From Polyangiaceae bacterium (GTDB taxonomy: Bacteria > Myxococcota_A > Polyangia > Polyangiales > Polyangiaceae): DNA of 64,000 bases. Both the position numbers and the translations under genes were made by a program. Location of the stretch: positions 1-64,000 of the forward strand of contig JAPSGB010000007.1 of NCBI GenBank assembly GCA_035063585.1. The letters are read 5' to 3'. Position 1 is the stretch's first letter. Each line of letters begins with the position of its first letter. This document shows, piece by piece, positions 32,746 to 39,745 of the stretch. The notes below the pieces were generated by a model that searched no databases, was not told the DNA's origin, and worked only from the letters and a program-made list of their open reading frames with translations.

Positions 32746-33828
32746 CTACGGCGAGACTCGTCGGCCGCGGCGCGTGTCCGGTCCGGTCGTGCTCGGCGCC
32801 GGGCGCGCGCTCCTGCGCGTGTCGGCGATGGCGCTCAGGATCTCCTGGAGCACGGTCACCCCGACCATGGCCGTCATGCTCGAGTGATCGTAAGGCGGCG
32901 CGATCTCCACCACGTCGAAGCCGACGATGTCCGCTCCCACCAAGGCTCGGAGGAGCTGTTGGAGCTCCCAGGTAGTCATACCCCCCGGTGACGGGAGCCC
33001 GGTGCCTGGCGCGTAGGCGGGATCGAGCGCGGACACGTCGACGCTGACGTAGATCGGCTGGTCTCGCACGACCTTGCGGAGTTGGCTCACCGCGGCGTGC
33101 AGATCCCATTTCACCTCGTCGATACCGACGATCTCGAAGCCGCTGCCGAGCGTAAAATCGAGGTCTGCAGCAGACGAGTATGGCCCGCGGACCCCGATCT
33201 GAATCGACGCGTCCTTGCGGACCAAGCCCTCGTCCACGATGGCGCGCACCACGCTCCCGTGGTGAATGTCTCGACCCCAGGCGGGGCCAGCCGTGTTGCT
33301 GTGGGAGTCGATATGGACGAATCCCAGGCTCTTCAGCTTGGCGCGGTGGATGCCCCGGAGCGCCCCGAGGGTGACGGTCTGATCGCCCCCGACGTATCCG
33401 CCGATCACTCCCGAGCGCGCGATGGCCTCGGCGCGCGCGCTGAGCGCGTCGAGGGCTTGGTCGATGTCGTGCGGAGAGGTGACGATGTCGCTGCCGTCCG
33501 CCACCCGCAGTTCGTCGAAGATGTCGACCCCGAGCGCCGCCGAGAAGCGGCGCGCCAGCGCAGAGGCGTCGCGCACCGCGCGCGGGCCGAACCGCGCGCC
33601 CGGCCGGTAGCTGGTCCCGCCGTCGAACGGAACGCCGCTGAGGAGCACGTCCACCGGCGGCACGCGGCTCGGGTCGTCGTAGACCGGCAACCGGAGGAAC
33701 CCCTGGACGCCGGCGAACCTCGGCATCGTGCTCGACGGCGCGGGGTTCGGCGCCGGCAGCGCCGGCCGGCGCTCCGACGGACGAGTCTTTGGGGCCTGCT
33801 TCGCTCGCGGTCCGCGCGCCTGCTTCAT
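32746..33828 (-). CDS. Ureohydrolase (agmatinase/arginase family) homologue with degenerate metal site
   Basis: GVPFDGGTSYRPGARFGP, APGTG-x-P-x-PGG and GFDVVEIAPPYD are intact. Metal motifs read GGDQ, DSHSN and DVS. Confidence 0.88.
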   Translation of the reverse strand: MKQARGPRAKQAPKTRPSERRPALPAPNPAPSSTMPRFAGVQGFLRLPVYDDPSRVPPVDVLLSGVPFDGGTSYRPGARFGPRAVRDASALARRFSAALGVDIFDELRVADGSDIVTSPHDIDQALDALSARAEAIARSGVIGGYVGGDQTVTLGALRGIHRAKLKSLGFVHIDSHSNTAGPAWGRDIHHGSVVRAIVDEGLVRKDASIQIGVRGPYSSAADLDFTLGSGFEIVGIDEVKWDLHAAVSQLRKVVRDQPIYVSVDVSALDPAYAPGTGLPSPGGMTTWELQQLLRALVGADIVGFDVVEIAPPYDHSSMTAMVGVTVLQEILSAIADTRRSARPAPSTTGPDTRRGRRVSP

Positions 33829-33846
33829 CGAACACCTCCTCGCGGT

Positions 33847-34722
33847 TCAGTCGGTGCACCGGGCCTCGGCGACGCTCACGCCGGGCGGGGGGCTCTGGCG
33901 AAATGCGCCTTCGATGAGGGGTGGATTGTGCGCCACCTCCTCGTCGATCAAGATGAGATCCTGCTCGGTGCCGGGGACCTCCAAGCGGATGCGACGAGGG
34001 ATCTCGGCCGTACACGCCGGGCCGCTCGGCGGGACGTCCGGGTCGAGCCCGTCGGGGTCGACCAGTGGCCCGGCGGTACGCGCCGGCGCGTGACCATCGA
34101 GGACCGCCCGGTAGAGCTCGGTGCCCTTCTGACTCACCGCCACCTCGCGCACCCGCACGCGCTGCTCTTGCCAGGGGCGGTCCCAGTCCGCGACGAGCGG
34201 CTCGAGGTGGAGCTCCTCGTGCGCGTCCCGCGTGCTGTCGAGGTGGATCACGTACTTCCCGCAGCTCCACTCGATGCTCGACTGCTCCCGCGAGTGTACG
34301 AGCACCGGCGCCTCTCCGCGCAGGAGCTGCGCCAGGGCAAACGGAGGGACCGGCACCTGGGTGAAGCGCGCCACGTTGCAGGTGCTCGCCGGCCCATGGA
34401 GAAACTGCTTGTTCCGAAGATCATAGAGCGCAAAGTCGCGACCATCGGAGGTGAGCGTGGAGATGATGGCGCCGAACGGGCTGAACACGTCGAAGCGGAG
34501 CTGGTCCGGCAGCGCCGCCAGGTAAAGGACGTTTCCGCGGACCCGCCCCTCCTTGCCGAAGTAGTCGAGCTTCGCCTCTCCTTGCACGCCGCGACTGCAC
34601 GCGTAGCTGGCCCGCATGCGGTCGAGCGCGTCGTCCGCGCTCGGAAACTGCGAGGGCGGCGCGGCGCGACAGCACCCGGTCAACACGACCGCGAGCGCAA
34701 CCGAAGCCCGCCGCCCAGACAT
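33847..34722 (-). CDS. Lipoprotein, possibly LolA/LolB-like (DUF4292-like) fold
   Basis: ATG 34722 overlaps the upstream stop (ATGA). Lipobox LTGC; LRFDVFSPFG...LTSDG segment. Fold assignment is tentative. Confidence 0.7.
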   Translation of the reverse strand: MSGRRASVALAVVLTGCCRAAPPSQFPSADDALDRMRASYACSRGVQGEAKLDYFGKEGRVRGNVLYLAALPDQLRFDVFSPFGAIISTLTSDGRDFALYDLRNKQFLHGPASTCNVARFTQVPVPPFALAQLLRGEAPVLVHSREQSSIEWSCGKYVIHLDSTRDAHEELHLEPLVADWDRPWQEQRVRVREVAVSQKGTELYRAVLDGHAPARTAGPLVDPDGLDPDVPPSGPACTAEIPRRIRLEVPGTEQDLILIDEEVAHNPPLIEGAFRQSPPPGVSVAEARCTD

Positions 34723-36353
34723 CAGCCGCCGCGCAGAGTCTCGAGGAGCTCGAGATCGGGTAGAGCGAGCGATACACGCGTCGAGGTGACGGCGACGCCG
34801 TGCTCCTCGCACAGCCGAGCCAGCGCGATGCCGTCGATGAGCGTGCAGGGCGCCGCCCCCGGCGCGGCGGCTTCCTCGCGCGCGCCGCTCAAGACCTGGC
34901 CCGTGGTGACGAGCCACGCCGCCTGCGCCGGACCGTAGTGGTGGAGCGCACCACGGACCTCGGTGACCCGCTCACGACCGAGTTCCCGGCCGTCGCGGCG
35001 CACCACGACGGCAACCCGAAGCTCACCGAGCGGTCCGGTGGTGCGCCCCGACAAGTGAAGCTCGCTCGAGGCGCTGCCCGGACGGCGGACCACCTCCAGG
35101 CTCGTCACCCCGAGGCGCTCGAGCAGGAGCATCACGAGCTCGCCGAGCCCACGCGGCGGCAGCTCCTGCAGGCGCCGCAAGAGCAGGCGCCGCGACGCCT
35201 CCCGATAGCGGTCGACCAGCGCGCCGAGGTCACGTTCGAGCCGCGACAGCTCGCCGTCGAGCAGCCAGTCGGTGAGCGCGACGCGGCTTCCCTGGACGCG
35301 GAAGCGCTGCCGCTGGCCGGCGTCCGCACGGCGCAGGTTGTCGGCGCGCACCGCGGCAGCGAGCGCACCGGCGAGCTGACCGGCCTCGCCGGACGACGGA
35401 TGCCGCCGCTGCGCGAGCTCCGCCAGCTTGTGGAAGCCGACCGGCCCGCCGCTCCGATCGAGCGACGAGAGCAGCTCAGCAGCGAGATCGGCGGCGTCCC
35501 GACCCGCGAGCTCATCGACCGAACCGCTCCGCCCGCCACGACGCCCTTCGCGCTCGCGGCTGTCGCGCTCGCGGCTGTCGCGCTCGCGGCCGTCACGCTC
35601 GCGGCCGTCGCGCTCGCGGCTGTCACGCTCGCGGCCGTCGCGCTCGCGGCTGTCGCGCTCGCGGCTGTCGCGCTCGCGGCCGCCGCGCTCGCGGCCACTG
35701 CGCTCGGGCGCAGGCTCGCCGGCGTCGACCACGAGGTCCGTGGGAACATCCGACACCGTGTAGGCCGGCAGCTCGCCTCCGCCGCGCTCATCCTCGGGTC
35801 GACGGTGTCGCGGTCGGCGACGGCGACGCCGCCCCCCTTCCGCGCCCGTCTCGTCGTCCCCGGTCGCCGCGTCCCCAGCCTCCTCAGCGAAGATGGGCAG
35901 GTCGTCGTCCTCCTCGGGCGCGAAGATCTCGCTGGCCTTGGCGGCCATCTTCGCGCGCGTGAGCTCCTCTTCGTCGGGCGGGGGCGCCTCCTCGTCGAGC
36001 GCATCGTTCGGTCGTGACGCCTCCGGCGGAGCGGGCGGCGCGGCGACGTCCACCGCGGCCGCCGCGTGGGCGGCGATCCGGTCGAGCGCCGGCGTCCGAT
36101 CCGCGAGCCCTCGATCGATGGTCCGCTGGTCCCACTCGCGGAGAGCAAACACGCCCGGCTTGATGCGCACGAGCGGGTTCTCCTTGTCGTTCTTCTTGAC
36201 GAGCGCGGCAAGCCGAGCGCCCATGGTCACTTCAGGGCTCTTACCGACATGGCTGAGCAGGTTCTGCTCGATGGCGACGTCGGTGATCTCCTTGTAGTGG
36301 AGCGGCTTCCCGACGAGACGCAGCACTTGCGCCGCTGCTTCCGTAAACGTCAT
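34722..36353 (-). CDS. HARE-HTH protein with acidic/Arg-rich/RD-repeat linker, second winged HTH and degenerate Mrr-like domain
   Basis: MTFTEAAAQVL...PLHYKEIT...GKSPEVTM...PGVFALREW fits HARE-HTH. The C-terminus has the Mrr_cat pattern (LLERLG, LVTTG, AREEA, LIDG-x-x-L). Confidence 0.85.
   Translation of the reverse strand: MTFTEAAAQVLRLVGKPLHYKEITDVAIEQNLLSHVGKSPEVTMGARLAALVKKNDKENPLVRIKPGVFALREWDQRTIDRGLADRTPALDRIAAHAAAAVDVAAPPAPPEASRPNDALDEEAPPPDEEELTRAKMAAKASEIFAPEEDDDLPIFAEEAGDAATGDDETGAEGGRRRRRRPRHRRPEDERGGGELPAYTVSDVPTDLVVDAGEPAPERSGRERGGRERDSRERDSRERDGRERDSRERDGRERDGRERDSRERDSREREGRRGGRSGSVDELAGRDAADLAAELLSSLDRSGGPVGFHKLAELAQRRHPSSGEAGQLAGALAAAVRADNLRRADAGQRQRFRVQGSRVALTDWLLDGELSRLERDLGALVDRYREASRRLLLRRLQELPPRGLGELVMLLLERLGVTSLEVVRRPGSASSELHLSGRTTGPLGELRVAVVVRRDGRELGRERVTEVRGALHHYGPAQAAWLVTTGQVLSGAREEAAAPGAAPCTLIDGIALARLCEEHGVAVTSTRVSLALPDLELLETLRGG
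35551..35700. repeat. Coding 15-bp tandem repeat x10 (RERDS/RERDG)
   Basis: Unit CGCTCGCGGCYGTCR occurs 8 times, followed by 2 variant copies. Confidence 0.95.
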
Positions 36354-36521
36354 TCCGGGTCTTCTCTTCCGTTGTGGGAGCGCGAGGCTCCCGCTCTTGA
36401 CGGGCTACCCTGCCGGGGAAGCGCACATCGCTCCCTCGCCGGGCAGGAGCCCCGTCTGCCGCGGCGGCATAGCACGGGGTCCGGTCGACGAAAACCCGAG
36501 GAACGCTCGGCGGGCCGCCAT

Positions 36522-37082
36522 TCATTCGGCGGGGCCGGTGATGGCTCGGGCCGCCTCCCGATACGCCTCCAGCGTCGGCTCATCGAAGAGCGCGAAGCGC
36601 ACGAGCCGGGGGCAGTCCCCGGTCAGCGCCTCGCCGAGCGCGCGCAAGGCGACCGGCGCGGCCTCGAGCGCCGGGTAGCCGAAGACGCCCGTGCTGATCG
36701 ACGGGAAGGTCACCGACTCGACGCCGTGCTCGCGACAGAGCGTCACCGCGGCCGTGTAGCAGCTCGCGAGCAGCGCCGGAGCCGCGTCCCCCTCGCGGTC
36801 GTAGATCGGTCCGACGCAGTGGATGACGTAACGCGCGCGGAGCCCGAACCCGGGGGTCATCACGGCGCGCCCGGTCGCCAGCACCCCGCCCGGGAGCTCC
36901 CGCTTCAGCCGCAAGAGTGCCTGCTGGAGCTCGGGGCCCGCGGCGCGGTGGATCGCCCCGTCCACGCCCCCTCCGCCGACCAGCATCGAGTTGGCCGCGT
37001 TGGCGACGGCGGTGGTGTCGGAGCGGGTGATGTCACCCTGCACCAGCTCGAGCATGGCGCTGCCGAGCGCGAAGCGGTCCAT
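36522..37082 (-). CDS. Macro domain protein (YmdB/MacroD-like O-acetyl-ADP-ribose deacetylase)
   Basis: GDIT, NAAN, GGGGVDGAIHRAAG, VIHCVGP, FPSISTGVFGYP. Confidence 0.93.
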   Translation of the reverse strand: MDRFALGSAMLELVQGDITRSDTTAVANAANSMLVGGGGVDGAIHRAAGPELQQALLRLKRELPGGVLATGRAVMTPGFGLRARYVIHCVGPIYDREGDAAPALLASCYTAAVTLCREHGVESVTFPSISTGVFGYPALEAAPVALRALGEALTGDCPRLVRFALFDEPTLEAYREAARAITGPAE

Positions 37083-37151
37083 GCCCGCTAGCTAGCGTCG
37101 GGCGGCGCTGGGGTAAAGCCGCATGCCCAAAGGCGAGCTATTCTCACTCGG

Positions 37152-37529
37152 GTGGACCCCCGGCAGCTCCTCGGCGAGCTCCGCGCCGCAGCCCTGGCGC
37201 TCGGGGTCGAGGTGCGCGCCGCCCCGTTCACCGCGCGGGGCTCGAGCGCGGGGGGCCTCTGTCGTGTGCGCGGCCGCTCGGTCATCGTGCTCGACGCGAG
37301 CGCCAGCTCCATCGAGCAGGCCGCCGCGCTCGCCGAGGCGCTGGCGAGCTACGACCTCGCCCCGGCGCGTCTGGCTCGGGAGGCGCTGGATTTTGTCGAG
37401 ACGGCGCGGAACCGCGCCGCGCATCACCGGGCGTCGCCGTCGACCACCGGCGGGCCGCCTCGGGTCGCCACCTTGCCGCTCCCCAAGCCCGGCTTGCGCT
37501 CGACGCGCTCGCGCCGGAGCGATAAGTAG
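37152..37529 (+). CDS. Small hypothetical protein
   Basis: Fills the gap and ends 3 nt before murB. GGLCRVRG...IVLD motif; TATTCT 7 nt before the GTG start. Confidence 0.7.
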   Translation: MDPRQLLGELRAAALALGVEVRAAPFTARGSSAGGLCRVRGRSVIVLDASASSIEQAAALAEALASYDLAPARLAREALDFVETARNRAAHHRASPSTTGGPPRVATLPLPKPGLRSTRSRRSDK

Positions 37530-37532
37530 CCG

Positions 37533-38615
37533 GTGGTGGAGCTACTCGAGGAGATCCCGCTCGCGCCGCTCACCACCCTCGGCGTAGGAGGCGCCGCTCG
37601 CTTCTTGGTGGAATCGCGGAGCGACGCCGAGCTCACCCGGGCGCTCGAGTGGGCGGCGCAGCATCGGGTCGGCGTCCGCGTGCTCGGCGGCGGGAGCAAC
37701 GTGGTCGTGAGCGACAGCGGCTACCCGGGGCTCGTGCTCCGGCTGGCGTCGCGCGGCGTCGAGCTCACCGACCGAGGCGACCACGTCGAGCTCACGGCCG
37801 CGGCCGGCGAGCCCTGGGACGCTCTGGTCCAGCTCGCGTGCGACCGCGGCTTGACCGGACTCGAGTGCCTGAGCGGGATCCCGGGCCAGGCGGGCGCTAC
37901 CCCGGTGCAGAACGTCGGCGCCTATGGGGTGGACGTCGCCCGCCGGATCGTGGCGGTGCGCGCGGTCGAGCGCACGACCCTCGAGCCGGTGGAGCTCGGC
38001 GCGACCGACTGCGGGTTCCGTTATCGCGACAGCCGCTTCAAGAGCGGCGAACCCGAGCGTTTTGTCATCACCGGCGTGACCTATCGGCTCGACAAGGGCG
38101 ACGCCCCGGCGCCCGCGTACGCCGAGCTCGCGCGGCACCTCGGCGCGCGCGGGCTCGCGCGACCCACGGCCAGCGAGATCCGTGAGAGCGTGCTCGCGGT
38201 TCGGCGCTCGAAGAGCATGGTGCTCGAGGCCACCGACGAGAACCGCCGGAGCTGCGGCTCGTTCTTCCTGAACCCGGTAGTAGACGCAGAGCTCGCGGAC
38301 GAGATCGCGCGGCGCGCGGGCAATGAGCCCATGCCGCGCTACCCGGAGCGCGACGGGAGGGTGAAGCTCGCCGCCGCCTGGCTCATCGAGCGGGCGGGCC
38401 TGAGCAAAGGAGAGCGCCTCGGCCCGGTCGGGCTCTCGACGCGCCACTCGCTCGCCCTGGTGGCGCACGACGGCGCTCGCGCGAGCGACGTGGTGGCTTT
38501 CGCGCGGCGCGTGCGCGCCCGGGTGGCCGAGCGCTTCGGCGTTCGGCTGATCCCCGAGCCCGCGTTCTGGGGGTTCGCGTCGCTGGACGACGGGCTCCCG
38601 GATGAGCGCACCTGA
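37533..38615 (+). CDS. murB: UDP-N-acetylenolpyruvoylglucosamine reductase
   Basis: TTLGVGG, GGGSN, GIPG, QNVGAYG, YRDSRFK, GSFFLNP, AAWLIE, L-x-x-EP. Confidence 0.95.
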   Translation: MVELLEEIPLAPLTTLGVGGAARFLVESRSDAELTRALEWAAQHRVGVRVLGGGSNVVVSDSGYPGLVLRLASRGVELTDRGDHVELTAAAGEPWDALVQLACDRGLTGLECLSGIPGQAGATPVQNVGAYGVDVARRIVAVRAVERTTLEPVELGATDCGFRYRDSRFKSGEPERFVITGVTYRLDKGDAPAPAYAELARHLGARGLARPTASEIRESVLAVRRSKSMVLEATDENRRSCGSFFLNPVVDAELADEIARRAGNEPMPRYPERDGRVKLAAAWLIERAGLSKGERLGPVGLSTRHSLALVAHDGARASDVVAFARRVRARVAERFGVRLIPEPAFWGFASLDDGLPDERT

Positions 38616-38621
38616 GAGCGG

Positions 38622-39590
38622 TCAGTCCGCGCTGCCGCCCTGACCCGCCCCGGAGGAGGAACTCCCGCCGCAGAGCTCCCGCGACGCGATGCCGCTGCCG
38701 CTGCCGCACTTACCCTCGTCGCAGCGGTCCCCTTCGCACGCTTCGTCAGAGGAGCACGCCGCGCCGTTCGGCCGCTTCGCCTGGCACTTGCCGGCGTCGT
38801 CGCAGTAAGCGGTGCGCTCGCAAGCCATACCTCCATCGCAGGATGCGCCCACCGCGGCGCGCGCGACGCAGGTCCCCTGCGCGCACCAAGCGCCGTCCAC
38901 GCAGCTCTCTTGGGTAGTGTCGCAGCTCTCCCCGGCCGCGCGCAGCGGCGCGCACTTCCCTTCGGAGTCGCAGTAGAGGCCGTCGTTCGTGTAGCAGCTC
39001 GTGTCGGGCGTGGCTCCAGCGCCGCTTCCGCCGATCGGCCCACCGCTCATGCAGGAGGTCGATGCAGCCATCTCGGTGCAGGTCGCGTTGCAGGCGGCTC
39101 CCCGGGTTCCCCGCGGAGAGACGACGCACGCCCGCTGGCCGGAGCCATCATCGGAGCAATAGGCTGAGCCGCCCGCGGGGGACGCGCACTCCGAGCTGCT
39201 CGCGCACGCGGCTCCGGCGCCCTTGGTCCCGGTGAAGACCCGCTCGCAGTCTGCGGCCACCATATTCAGATCGTCGCAGCTCGCCACCGCCGCGGAGATC
39301 GCCTGGAGACACCGTCCAGCCGCCGCGGCGTCGTACTGCACCGCAGCGTTCTCGACCATGCTGCGAGCGCCCTCACCGGCCACCGCCGCGCAAGCCTCAC
39401 GATCGAAGGGGTAGCTCTGCTCGCGGCAACAGGGCTCGAGCCTTCCGCAGACGGCGTCCGTGAATTTCCCGGCGAACGCGTCGCGCGCCACCGGCGCGCT
39501 CCCCGAGTCCGTCGAGCCACCGCACGCGACGCCCGCGAGCCACGCCGACGCCACCATCACCCCGATCGCAACGACTCGATTCAAGCTCAT
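38622..39590 (-). CDS. Cys-rich lipoprotein
   Basis: Lipobox GVAC-GG; more than 30 Cys arranged in repeated G-x-x-C...C...C modules. Confidence 0.85.
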   Translation of the reverse strand: MSLNRVVAIGVMVASAWLAGVACGGSTDSGSAPVARDAFAGKFTDAVCGRLEPCCREQSYPFDREACAAVAGEGARSMVENAAVQYDAAAAGRCLQAISAAVASCDDLNMVAADCERVFTGTKGAGAACASSSECASPAGGSAYCSDDGSGQRACVVSPRGTRGAACNATCTEMAASTSCMSGGPIGGSGAGATPDTSCYTNDGLYCDSEGKCAPLRAAGESCDTTQESCVDGAWCAQGTCVARAAVGASCDGGMACERTAYCDDAGKCQAKRPNGAACSSDEACEGDRCDEGKCGSGSGIASRELCGGSSSSGAGQGGSAD

Positions 39591-39623
39591 CTCGAACGAC
39601 CCTCACGCTAGAGAAGTGCGCTA

Positions 39624-39651
39624 AGAGTGACGCCGAGTATCCCGGTGTCAA
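39624..39651 (-). promoter_or_regulatory. Putative sigma70-type promoter of the Cys-rich lipoprotein gene
   Basis: TTGACA (39646-39651), 16-nt spacer, CACTCT (39624-39629). Confidence 0.45.
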
Positions 39652-39699
39652 GCTCGGCCGCGAGAGCGGCGCCCGCGACGCGAGCCTCGAGGGTCGGCT

Positions 39700-39738
39700 C
39701 TCGAGCACCCACCGCCGGCCGAAACCGGGGTGCTCGAG
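39700..39738 (-). terminator. Hairpin immediately downstream of alaS
   Basis: CTCGAGCACCC / GGGTGCTCGAG perfect 11-bp inverted repeat 7 nt after the alaS stop. No U-tract. Confidence 0.45.
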
Positions 39739-39745
39739 CGGAAGG

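Noticed and set aside
32746..33828. Calling the gene speB or hutG, or a pseudogene
   Set aside because: The metal ligands are substituted so the activity cannot be assigned, hutH is 30 kb away, and the frame is intact with conserved structural motifs.
35551..35700. 15-bp repeat array as CRISPR or iterons
   Set aside because: In-frame coding repeat without spacers; variation falls at synonymous or Ser/Gly-switching positions.
34722..37082. Mrr plus macro domain as an anti-phage defence system
   Set aside because: The Mrr-like catalytic residues appear lost, the macro domain is an ordinary stand-alone YmdB type, and there is no methyltransferase, ADP-ribosyltransferase or other defence gene nearby.
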